From Carcharhinus longimanus (taxonomy: Eukaryota), in the NCBI GenBank assembly GCA_030264375.1, contig JASCQW010000099.1, forward strand, positions 19,135,152 to 19,199,151: DNA of 64,000 nucleotides, written 5' to 3'. Shown one piece after another: positions 11,355-22,349 of the stretch. Below the pieces are notes generated by a model, which saw nothing but the letters and a program-made list of their open reading frames with translations, did no database searches and was not told the DNA's origin. Position 1 is the stretch's first letter. The number at the start of each line of letters is the position of its first letter. The position numbers and the translations under genes were made by a program.

Positions 11355-11960
11355 GTACTGGTAGGTAAGTAAGTTATGAAGAGGACATACCGAAGTTATA
11401 AAGGATCATAGATAGATTAAGTGAGTGGGAAAGAATCTTGCAAATGAAAGATAGTGTGGGCAAATATGAAATTATCCATTTTGGCAAGAAGAATTGAAAA
11501 TAAGCAAATTATCTAAATGGTGAGAGATTGCAGATCTCTGAGATTTAGAGGAATCTGTTCCACTGCAGGAATTGCAAAGGGCTAATGTGCAGGTACAGCA
11601 AGTAATTAGTAAAGCTAATAGAATACTATAATTTATAACAAGGGGAATTGAATACAAAAGTAGAAAGGTTATGTTTTAGTTGTACAGGACACTGGTGAGA
11701 CAACATCTGGATTACTGTGTACAGTATTGGTCTACTTTTTTAGGGAGGATGTAAATACATCAGAAGCCGTTCAGAGAAGGTTTACTGGACTGATACCAGG
11801 AATGGGCAGGTTGTCTTATAAGGAAAGTTGGACAGGCTGGTTTTGTGTCCACTGGAGTTTAGAAGAGTAAGAGGTCACATGATTGAAACTTTTAAAACCC
11901 TGAGGGACATGGTGGATGTAGAGGGGTTCCCTCTTATGGGAGGATCTAGACCTAAGGAGT
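11355..11960 (+). mobile_element. Degenerate CR1 LINE RT 3' fragment
   Basis: Motifs LYRTLVRQHLDYCVQYW, EAVQRRFTGLIPGMGRLSY, LEFRRVRGHMIETFKTL. Confidence 0.85.
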
Positions 11961-14359
11961 CACTTTGTTTTCCATCTAGAAATTGGACTTCAATCTACTG
12001 CCATCCCTTTTAATATTATATTTTAGGATGCATATAGTAATGCCCTAAGTCCAGGCCAAAATTGACTTGATTTGCTACCTTCCCCATTAATTGCACTTAA
12101 AGTTGCATTGTTGTGACTACCATTAATTTTATGCGCATAACTTGTATTATATAACTATTGTGCACTCACTCCAATTTGCTGGAGAAACAATTCTGCTTCA
12201 ATGGGGGTTTCTACTGGAGTTTTCGTCACAACTCTGTCTGCTGTAGTTTGTTATGATTAATTAGATTCTGTTTGCTGCACTCTCCCAAAAAAATTCTAAG
12301 TGTTTAATTCGCATAAAAACTGGAGTAAATCCTGCTGTTTTTTTCAGCGGAATTTTCAAAATGAATCTCCCATACTCTGTGCATTGTAGAGTGTACGAGC
12401 ATGAATTACGCTGATTCCCAATGGGCAGAGCCTATTCTTGCTGAAGAGGTTGGCAATATAGCACTGAGTAGGCCACTGTGCACGTGCCGATCTATCAGTG
12501 CCCAGATTGGCACATGCACAGTGGCTCCCACACTGCCGGCCTCCCGATCGCTGGCGCGTTCGATTGCGGGCCAAGTCCTCCACCCNNNNNNNNNNCCCAG
12601 GTGTATTTGGGCAAGCCTCCCCCACCTCGGCAACCCTTTCATCCTCTGACCTCCTGGGGATCTCGATAGCCACCCTTCCATCCAGTGGGGTCAGGCCATC
12701 AGCTCCCCATTAGTGGGAAGCTATTGTAAACCCTGTGGAGTGAAACACTTCTGGGTTTATGCATGTGGGTCCATAGACTTCAGTACCAGACCTGCTAATG
12801 AGATGTAAATCCGATTTTAAGTAAGTTATGCAGCTCCGCACTGATTTCTGGCATGGAGCTGATGGCACCGGAAATCTAGCGACTGGAGACTCGCCAAGGC
12901 TGTGGCACCCAGCGGAAAGCCTGCTACAGGGTCTCTGCCCAAGCCCGCTATTGGGTCTCCTGGAAGCAGTGCAGTGGGCTGGGAGAATCGCCCTCACGAG
13001 TGGGATTTTACACCTCAACCTCCAGCAGCATGTTTTCTGTAAGCAGAATGAGCCAATATTGGGATCCTCTGGTGTTGTGTGTTTCTCACTGGCTGAAATA
13101 CTGGGGAACACAGGTGGTCACCGTCGGCAAAACTGATGGGAAAAATTCAGTCCTGTGTTTGCTGTGACACTCTCTGTTTGTCTCTATTTGCTGAGTAAAT
13201 AAACACTTTGCTGTAAATCCTAGCCTGTCTCCAACTCATCAACTGACATGGTGGTGCCATTACTCCCTCTGGGATTCTCTGCCACCATTTTGAGCAGGCA
13301 GGAAAGCCGGTGAATCTGGAGAATGCAATGAGAGTCTCCAAACAGCTTTTACGCTGGCAGAGTTTCCCAATCAGATTGTTCCCCCACTCCCTCCCCCCCA
13401 GTTATTGCTGTATAATCCCTTATATTAGGAATCATCTCCTGCCAAGGTGATGTCACATCGGTGAGATTTACAACAGGTCTGGGCCACGGAGACCTGGCGA
13501 ATAGTCCACACCAGGGGCACACAGGTAGGTATAACTCCCGGAGGGAGGGGGTCATGCCCATGCAATACCCTGGCAGTGCCAGTGACACAACTGGGACTTC
13601 CTTTGGGAGATTCAGGGTGAGTAGGGTTTACTGGGGAGGGCTGTCATGTCTGTGAAGGGAACCCTGTGTCCGTGGGAAGTTCCTTGGACTCGGTCTTTTT
13701 ATTTGTTTTTGTTTTTGATTGGGGCACCCTTTTAAAAAATCTCTCAGCAGCCGAGGTTGCAGGCAGTTCGGGCCCATTCAGAGTCTGCCCCACGAGCATG
13801 AAGTTGCGAGACCCCTCCCTTAACTTATTTTTTATGTAAGTGTTTGAAGAACAGTAGGAAATCCCAACAAGGCAATTGATGGTTTGTCCTCCACTTTTTT
13901 TGCCTGAGACAACACTGAAGAAAAAAATTGGAAAATTCCACCCTGTACATTTTATCATTTTGAATATGATATTAGGAAACCATATTGGGTGGGATTCACC
14001 CCCTCACCCCACCCACACACCCCTCCTCCACCCCCCCCACTCGCCCCCAAATTGTGGGGTATTTTGGAGGTGGAGGCAGTTTACCATTGGCCTCTAGTGG
14101 AATCTTCTTGTCCCACCGATGTACATGACATTTTGTGTGGCTTGCCCATCCTGCTGCTGAGGGTCACTTTCAATGACACCAGGAAACCCTGGAAGGGGCA
14201 GAAAGTCCCACCCATTGTTTACTGCTTCCCACTGATAAAAGTCACACAAATAAAATACATATCAGTAGACAGATAGACCAGAGGAGTAAAAATGTGTTGC
14301 TTGCAGGACACCTAACCCTCTCTGAAATCCTTTACCAAAAAATCAGACTCTTCCCTATT

Positions 14360-14465
14360 TCTCCTACATTGCAACAATGATTATCTTTCAAAAGTACTTC
14401 AATATCTGTGAACTGCTTCGAAACATCCAGAATCTATGAAAATCATTTTGTAAGTGCAAGTCTTT
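14360..14465 (+). mobile_element. Deu-domain (SacSINE1-like) SINE 3' fragment
   Basis: CCTACATTGCAACAATGA...TCAAAAGTACTTCA...GTGCAAGTC resembles the tails of the copies at 42110 and 60346. Confidence 0.5.
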
Positions 14466-14904
14466 GATTTTCCCCAAACCTTGTGATGCACAAGGAACTT
14501 GGCAATGCCTTTTAAAATGGTTAAGTCCTACATGTAAAAAAGGTACAGTAGAGATAATTTAATGTATTAATGGTACAACAACCTTTACTGTTAGGGCATT
14601 TCAGGAAGTTGTTATCTGTGATTAACGTATGTTTTGTTTTGTTTTCAAGAGATAATGAGCATATAGTGTAAATGTACTCACTCCACAATTATCTTCAGTA
14701 CAGCCTTCACTGCTTTTATACTTATTTTTCTTCATTTGACTCAATAACCAAAATTGAATCTGTTACATAAAGAGACTGCTTCATCAGTGACAATAAGTCA
14801 CTTCATTAGGGAAGACCTCACAACTCACGAGTTCCACAGTCATGAGCAAAGTCATCAGGAGACTTTTAGTACCCTGTGGGCGAAAAGCCTCTGACTAGGT
14901 TTTT

Positions 14905-15255
14905 TACACATATATGAAGAGCAAGAGGGTGGCCAGGGAGAGGGTTGGCCCACTCAAGGACAGGGGAGGGAATCTATGTGCGGAGCCAGAGGAAATGGGC
15001 GAGGTGTTAACTGAGTACTTTGCGTTAGTATTCACCAAAGAGAAGGACTTGGTGGAGGATGGGTGGGAAAGGGTGCGTAGATAATTTGAGTCATGTTGGG
15101 ATCAAATAAAAGAAGTATTGGGGTTCTTGAGAAACGTTAAGGTAGACAAGTTCACAGGGCCTGATGGGATATATCCCAGAATACTGAGAGAGGCAAGGGA
15201 GGAAATTGCTGGGGCCTTGAGAGGAATCTTTGATTCCTTACTGGCTACAGGGGAA
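14905..15255 (+). mobile_element. CR1 LINE ORF2 internal fragment
   Basis: NLCAEPEEMGEVLTEYFALVFTKEKD ... KVDKFTGPDGIYPRILREAREEIAGAL. Confidence 0.85.
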
Positions 15256-15264
15256 TAGCAGGTT

Positions 15265-15464
15265 AGTTGTAAAGACTCGCATTCTAATCAGTAAACTGTC
15301 TGTGCTGTTATATGCTCTGAGGCCAGAACTCTCCATTCACCTGACAAAGGGGCTAACCCCGAAAGCTTGTGAGTTTACTATCAAATAAATCGGTTGGACT
15401 AAAACCTGGTGTTGTCAGATTTTTTACTGTGTTTACCCCAGTCCAATGCCAGCATATCCACATC
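15265..15464 (+). mobile_element. Penelope-like terminal-repeat fragment carrying a hammerhead motif
   Basis: ATTCAC CTGACAA A GGGG CTAA CCCC GAAAGCTT GTGAGT, then AAATAAA...CCTGGTGTTGTCAGA...CCCAGTCCAATGCCAGCATATCCACATCA; same family at 50172, 53718 and 55766. Confidence 0.75.
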
Positions 15465-15650
15465 AATTTGGCATTGCCAGTTAACCAAACCTGCACATCT
15501 TTGGAGTATGGGAGGAAACCGGACCACCCGGAGGAAACTCGCATAGACACGGGGAGAATGTGCAAACTCCCCACACTGACCCAAAGCTGGAATTGAACCT
15601 GGATTGCTGGCTCTGAGGCAGCTGTGCTAACCACTGTGTCATTGTGCTAC
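15465..15650 (-). mobile_element. HE1-like SINE 5' part
   Basis: Reverse complement of head and body. Confidence 0.8.
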
Positions 15651-16005
15651 CCCCAAAAAGAATAACTAATTTGTCTGTACTTCATTGTTACCACTAGGCA
15701 GTGGAAATGGATAACCAAAATAAGTAATTTTTTAAAAAGAGCAAAAAGAATGGTAAATATGTATGATATTAAGTTGGAGGAATGTTAGTATTCTCTTATA
15801 GTTTTGGGAATTCATATCAGGCTAATTCCTAAATCTAATCCTGTTGTGTTGGAAATTGAGTGGATTAAACTTTTCACAGCAATTGGGCTCGTATATTTAC
15901 AATCTCCAAATTGCAACTTGAAATTCAAATTTTTATTGAAATTTAGTTTAGGTTGGTGTAACATTAACTGTATTGGATTTATTTGTTTTTTTTAATTCTC
16001 AAAAG

Positions 16006-16142
16006 AGGACTACACAGAGGACTTGCTGCAGCTGCATAACCTGGAGCTCAATCGACTAAAGCAGTATTATCAAGCACACCAACAACTGTTTGACGGTGTC
16101 TGCAAATGGGAAGAAAATTGGAAGCTTTATCTAAGTTTTGAG
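16006..16142 (+). CDS. PRC1: PRC1 (MAP65/Ase1 family) internal exon, isolated inside an ARHGEF33 intron
   Basis: tttaattctcaaaag| ... |gtgaga; 137 bp, phase 1 to 0. (E)DYTEDLLQLHNLELNRLKQYYQAHQQLFDGVCKWEENWKLYLSFE vs recalled human EDYTESLLQLHDAEIVRLKNYYEVHKELFEGVQKWEETWRLFLEFE. Confidence 0.85.
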
Positions 16143-16394
16143 GTGAGATGCTAAAATTTATATAGACTAGGACTTGGATTCTGTTACTAAGGTCATTGTG
16201 ATTTAAGCAGATTGTATTGTAATTTTACTGTCACTCAAACCCCTACCAATGATGGAGTTCCTGCTCAAGCAACGATATTAGAGGCTACTGTTGTTGCTGA
16301 AACCCAAGGCTACCACTTTGACTTGATCAGCTCGTTTAATCAGGTTGAAGGAAACGTCAAAAGTAAAACTATTTTTAAACTGTTCTTTTTGCAG

Positions 16395-16490
16395 AAGAAA
16401 GCAGCAGATCCAAACCGCTTCACCAACCGAGGGGGCAATCTATTGAAAGAGGAGAAGCAGAGAACAAAGCTCTACAAAATGCTGCCTAAA
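16395..16490 (+). CDS. PRC1: PRC1 next exon (MAP65 signature motif)
   Basis: ttctttttgcag| ... |gtatgt; 96 bp, phase 0 to 0. KKAADPNRFTNRGGNLLKEEKQRTKLYKMLPK vs recalled human RKASDPNRFTNRGGNLLKEEKQRAKLQKMLPK. Confidence 0.9.
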
Positions 16491-16847
16491 GTATGTGACG
16501 TAGTGTCTATGTCTTGAATATCATATATAAAAGCTGTGGTTTACATGAATATTCCAATAATAGCACTAGTGACACTCTGATACTCATTACTAATGTCATT
16601 GCAGTAAAATTGGCTGTCTTTATTTAAGCAGAGCGGGTGAACACTTGAGCAAAAGTATCTGCTGAATGAGACTCATTCTGATTTGAAAGGATAGTAAATG
16701 AACTCAGCAGGAATCAATACTAGCACCTAGTTTTAAAAATCTGATACAGCAAATATATAATTTAAGTCTGGTCTGTCGTTTAATTAGATTATGGAATTTC
16801 CTTTTACCTGATTTTGCATATGATCTGCAGTAGCATATCGCTTATAG

Positions 16848-17100
16848 GTGACACGGTGGTACAGTGGTTAGCACTGCTGCCTCTCAGTGCCAAGGACCAG
16901 GGTTTCATTTCACATCGGGTCACCTTGAGTCTGTACGTTTTGAAAGATGTGCTGGTTAAGTGCATTGACTATACTAAATTCTCCCTCAGTGTACCTGAAC
17001 AGGTGCTGGAGTTTGGTGACTAGGGGATTTTCACAGTGCCTTCATCAAAATGTTAATGTAAGCCAAATTGTGATGCTAATAAATAATGTTTTTTTAACTT
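16848..17100 (+). mobile_element. HE1-like SINE, tail type A, internally deleted
   Basis: Head GACACGGTGGTACAGTGGTTAGCACTGCTGCC and type A tail. Confidence 0.85.
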
Positions 17101-17137
17101 TATAACGTTATATATTTTATGAAATTAAAGTCTACGT

Positions 17138-17453
17138 ATCATAGAATCCCTACAGTACAGTACAGAAGAAGGCCAATTGGCCCATTGAGTCTGCATCAAC
17201 CACAACCCCACACGGGTCCTATTCCCACAACCCCACATATTTTACCCTGCTAATCCCCTGATGCCAACAGACAATTTATCATGGCCCATCAACCTAACCC
17301 GCACATCTTTGGACTGTGGGAGGAAATTGGAACACCCTGAGGAAACCCACACAGACATGGGGAGATTGTGCAAATTCCGCACAGTGACTCAAGCTGGGAA
17401 TTGAACCCGGGACCCTGGTGCTGTGAGGCAGCAGTGCTAACCACTGTGCCACC
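17138..17453 (-). mobile_element. HE1-like SINE, tail type B
   Basis: Full reverse-complement copy starting ATCATAGAATCCCTACAGT on +. Confidence 0.9.
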
Positions 17454-18359
17454 CCTATCCTGAAATTTTAATTTGACTTCATGTTTACACTTCCACTGCC
17501 CTTTTGTGCATGCTGATTTCATGCCTGACTGTTAGCTCTACTTTGTGTTATTGTCTCCTTATTCTGATACATCCTGGTAGCACAAATTGCTTTCGTTTAC
17601 CTACCCTCAGGCCAATTTATACTTTGCAATGCATGCCCGGAACAGAATATAACGTTCCATGTGAAGTCTCTGTATAACTGAAGTCAATCTGCATATNNNN
17701 NNNNNNNNNNNNNNNNNNNNNNNNNNNNNNNNNNNNNNNNNNNNNNNNNNNNNNNNNNNNNNNNNNNNNNNNNNNNNNNNNNNNNNNNNNNNNNNNGAAG
17801 AGGCGACATTATTTAGGGGGCAGATGTGACCCTTGACCCCATCAGAACGTTAATACCTGTGAAGGTTTTGAGTCTTTAATGTGATTGAAAACACCAAAAC
17901 AATTGTCAGATTATTATGATACTTGGTGTAGACACCACAAGGCTTTGTTAAATATCCAGAATGAACTCAAATCCATTTAATATTTGTCTCTCTTTGTTAT
18001 TTAGTGTGAATTATCAGTTGACCCTGAAATTAAATTATTTGCAACTGTTAAGGTAAAAGACCTGTAAATATACTGTTGTAACAAAAGTTTTATCCTTATT
18101 TTCCTTTGTGATGGAGATGGTTCACTAAATTTTGAAAAATTAAATTTCAAAATGCTGTGAATTTTAGGCACATTAGCATTCCTCAGTTTTTCTGCTTAAA
18201 AAAGATTTATTTTCACTCCAAAAACTGTGTACAGTAGAATAGTAGTTGTGCTACTGACGAGTAATCCAGAGGCTTAGACTCATGAACATGCTCAAATCAA
18301 ATCATGGTATCTGGGGTATTTAAATTCAGTTAGTTAAATAAATGTGGAATAAAAAGCTA

Positions 18360-18565
18360 ACATCTGGAATGCACTGCCAGGGGTGGTTGTGCAGGCAGAT
18401 ATGATAGGGGCGCTTAAGGGGCTTTTAGATAAGTACATGAATATGCAAGGAATAGAGGGACACGGACCAAGTGCAGGAAGAAGGAATCAGTTTAATTTGG
18501 CATCATGTTAGGCACAACATCGTAGGCCAAAGGGCCAGTTCCTTTGATGTACTGTTCTGTGTTCT
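18360..18565 (+). mobile_element. CR1 LINE 3' end inserted in another SINE-like relic (~18235-18630)
   Basis: WNALPGVVVQADMIGALKGLLDKYM followed by GGCCAAGGGCCAGTTCC...TGTACTGTTCTGTGTTCT. Confidence 0.75.
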
Positions 18566-19019
18566 TTCAGCAATGACAACTATTAAATTACTGGACTGTC
18601 TATAAACCCATTTGATTCACTAATATCTAGGACTGGTTAGCTTAGTCAGCTAGATGGTTAGAGTGTAAAACTGAATAACACAAACAGTGCAGGTTTAAAT
18701 CCCACACTGGCTGTAGTTCTTGGGGCCTCTGTTCTTGCTTTGCTCCATTGTGATATCATTGCATTGGCAAAATTCAAAATCCTCTGATACTGAAGATGTA
18801 ACATGAAGAGAGAGGGCTTTGGTACAATTATTAAAGTTATTCTAATCCTGAAAATGATGATCCCACAAGAATATCATATCACAATATCAACCATCTGAAA
18901 ATTATTGTAATGTCACATTATATTTCTACAGAAGGGAAGGAGGACATTTTTCTCCTTCTCACGGAACAAGATACCAGTTCTGGGACAGGAAAGAGCTATA
19001 GTGATGGGATGGGTCCACC

Positions 19020-20060
19020 TGGATTGAAAAGTAGAGACGTAGAGAAGTTAATGCTAAATCTGTACAGAAACTTAGAATATTCTATGCAATTTCAGTCACC
19101 TTACTACAAAAAGGCCATGGAGCATCAGAGAGTGTGCAGACTTAAATTTACAAAGGATTATACCAGAAATTTGTGGTATACTGGGTCTCGTCGATTGAAA
19201 AAGAAAGCTGAGGTGTGACTCAGTAAAATTATGGAAGGCTTCATAGAGTGAATGGAGAGAGAATTTTTCCTCTTGTGAGAAAGAGCATTAACTCCAGACC
19301 ATCAATACAAGACAGTATCAAAAAATCCAATAGAAAATTCAGAAGAAACGTCTTTACATAAAAAGTGGTAAATGGAACTCGCTACTTCAGGGAGTGGTTG
19401 AAGCAAATATTATATCTGCTAATATAATATAAGCAAATATAATATGTACTTGGGGGATTTAAGTGAGGCTAGATGAGCATTTAAGGAAGATGGTTAAGAT
19501 AATAGATTCAGATGAGAAAAGAGGGGAGGAGGGTGGAGTGGAATGTAAACACTGCCAAAAACTATTTAGGCTGAATGGCCTGTTTCTGTGCTATATACCC
19601 TTTGTAATTTTCTGTAAGTACTTATCCAAAAGGAAATTACTGCAGATGATGGCAATCTGAAATAAAAAAAACAGGGAGATCTGATGGAAGTGTACAGGAT
19701 TATGACAAATTTAAATAAGCTATGCAAATAAAAGCTGTTCCCATCACCTGATGGTACAAAGACAAGGGGATACGGATTTAAGGTTTTGGTCAAGAGATGT
19801 AGGGGCAATTTGTGAGGAAAAAGCTTTTTACACAATGAGTGGTAATAGCCTTGAATGCATTGCCTTCAAAGGGATGGAAATGGAGATAATCAGTGATTTC
19901 AAAATGAAATTGGATGGGAGCCTCAAGTCATTAAGTTTCCATTTTTATTGAGTACTATTAACTATGGGCTATGGGGACAGAGCAAAGGAATGTGACTGAC
20001 TGGATCGCTCTACAGAAAGTTGACATGGACTCAAATGAGTCAATTTCCTTCTATTGTTCA
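19020..20060 (+). mobile_element. Two tandem degenerate CR1 3' fragments (~19020-19600 and ~19675-20060)
   Basis: MLNLYRNLEYSMQFQSPYYKK; GDLMEVYRIM; CR1-type 3'UTR GGCTGAATGGCCTGTTTCTGTGCT. Confidence 0.7.
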
Positions 20061-20202
20061 TAATACTAACAAAGAGAACATTAGTAATAATATTATCTAT
20101 AGATTGTTTTAGCTGAATGCTATGAGGTTAAAGTTTTTGCTTTACTGATGGAATTGAAGTAGAAAGCTAATTATCATTGATGATTGTTTTTTCTTATTTG
20201 AG

Positions 20203-21046
20203 GTTTGTGATACCATCAGTACAACAAAGCAAGGTGAAAGGGTTGGAGCAGATTCAATATTTGAAGTCAGATGAATGGGAATACACACCAAGAAGGTACC
20301 AGAAACTTGGTAGTATGGACTATACCCCACTTTACACCAGTGACATTGAGCTGGAGTCAAAATTATTGAAAAGCTCATCGGAGCCTGAATGCCAGATTTT
20401 CTGTAAGGAAACCAGGGATGATTTCAACATTAACAAAGCAAAGTCCGCCGTAAGTCACGCAGATCCTATCTGTTTCTCAAAAGATAATGCAAAGGAAATT
20501 ACTCCAGACAACCAATATTTTCTGTACAGAAGATTTGGAGAAAGGACAGGAGAGCAAGCACAGGAAGCTCCAAGTCATCCTGAAGATGAAGAATCCATTC
20601 AAAATGCTTCTTTGCTCGATCAGTGTTCAGTCAGATCTTCAGATTCTAGCTTGGATGTACATTTTATGAAAACATTGAACTACATTCCTGAAAGGGAGTC
20701 TGAAACAATAGATTACTCTATGCAAATCAGACCCTGTCATTCCATCAGTCAAGAAGATTTCACTAACATGTACTGGCACCATTGTTATGAAACAGGACAT
20801 GATATATTTAATGAAACACATTCAGAGATTTATTCCAGCACAGAATACATAAGCAACACCACTGAAAACCTGAAAAATTCTCATTCCTTAAGTAACACTG
20901 GCTGCAGATCACTGAAAACCGAAGGAGGCAACCCGCCTCACATGAAATTATTTATGAAAGAAAGCTCCCAGTGGGCAATTTCTTCAATGCCTAGATCTAA
21001 AGATTACAGCAACCAAACTTCAGATGAGTGGATGGAATCAGAAAAA
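20203..21046 (+). CDS. ARHGEF33: ARHGEF33 large internal coding exon (low-complexity C-terminal region)
   Basis: Longest clean ORF in the window. ttcttatttgag| ... GAAAAA|gtaatt; phase 2 to 0. EDEESIQNASLLDQCSVRSSDSSLDVHFMKTLNY resembles recalled human YDEEPFQAPALFENCSPASSESSLDICFLRPVSF; LKSDEWEYTPRRY resembles GKPSDWELEGRKH. Exact acceptor less certain (GAG). Confidence 0.85.
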
Positions 21047-21814
21047 GTAATTTACCTATCCTATATACATATATGTATATATAAATAATAGTCACATTGG
21101 GCAGAAGTTTCTGGCCCACCCACCCCAAAACCAGAAAATCCAGTCTGAGGTCAAGGGACTTTTGCATGGTCAGCCCCGCACCCATTACGATTCCCATGGT
21201 GGGTGGGATAGGAAAATTCCCCCCATTGTGTCTGACTTATAAAAATGTTTACAAGTGAGTTATGGAATAATTACAATTTTAGATTGTAATATCTGCCCTC
21301 ATTATGTTTCACTTTTCTTTGTTGGTATTATTTATTTTCTCCTATTTTTCTTTTTTCCCTTTTCTTTAACTTTCGAAAGACAGATGTTCATGATTCTACC
21401 ATTCACTCCTCTTCCAGACATAGTGTCAGTGCAATAAGTTGACCTTAAAACCTCAAACAATTTCTCCAAAAATGGGGATTGATTTGCACATTGATTATAA
21501 AACGGAATCACCAGAGTGGGTGTGGGTGAATGCCACTTTGAAATTTCCTTGGCATCTGACATAAAAAGTGGTTGTGTTTAAATTCCCGTGCATCTTTGCA
21601 ACACAGCCCATATCACATTCTTGAATACTTTGCACCCAGCCATAAGGTACCAGTAAGTGAAACATGCATTTATGCAGTGGAAAATTCAGGCTGACTACTA
21701 AAGGGTTGACTTATGCGCCAAGTATGTAGAAACATGATTTTTGGAGCCAGAAAGATAGGGTCACTTAAACGCCATGTCAACCTTTACATCACAATTTAGT
21801 TCTTTCTTGTCCAC

Positions 21815-22045
21815 CATCAGTTGTTGCACCATCAATTCTTCTGTCATTTAATCTCTCCTTCCACCTGATCACACGCTTCTTTTTCCTGCCTCTCCTTTCA
21901 CTTATTTAAAACCTGTTACAACTGTAACTTTACCCTGATCTAATGAAAATTCATTGACCTGAAACGTTAACTGTTTCCCTCTCCACAGGTGATGCAAAAT
22001 CAGTTGAGTATTTGAAGCATTTTATGCTTCTATTTCTTATTTTCA
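21815..22045 (+). mobile_element. Degenerate Penelope-like 3' terminal fragment
   Basis: CTAATGAAAATTCATTGACCTGAAACGTTAACTGTTTCCCTCTCCACAG..., a decayed hammerhead-type tail. Confidence 0.55.
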
Positions 22046-22349
22046 ACATTTACAGCTTGTGGCTTTCGTACAGACAGGTCATGTACCTAATCAGGTTGCT
22101 AATAAAGTAATCTAGCTCCTTAGAAACATTGCCAACACCTAATTGGATATGATTTTGAAAGGTTGATTGGTAGATTGTGAAATTAATGTATCGCATGATT
22201 TTACATAAGTTTACAGTACATACACCCATTTGGCCCAACTAGCACAGGCTGGTGTTTCTGCTCAATTCAAGTTTCCTTCCCTTCTTTTCTCATCCAAATC
22301 TACCATCATAACCATCTATTCCCACTCACTCAAATGATTGTCTAGCATT

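Noticed and set aside
4302-21046. In-frame ARHGEF33-PRC1 fusion protein
   Set aside because: Phases are incompatible (donor phase 2 vs PRC1 acceptor phase 1; PRC1 donor phase 0 vs acceptor phase 2), and inclusion gives early stops.
20177-21088. 303-aa ORF as a standalone single-exon novel gene
   Set aside because: It starts at TTG/ATG inside a polypyrimidine tract, has splice sites in phase with the neighbouring exons and matches ARHGEF33; it is an internal exon.
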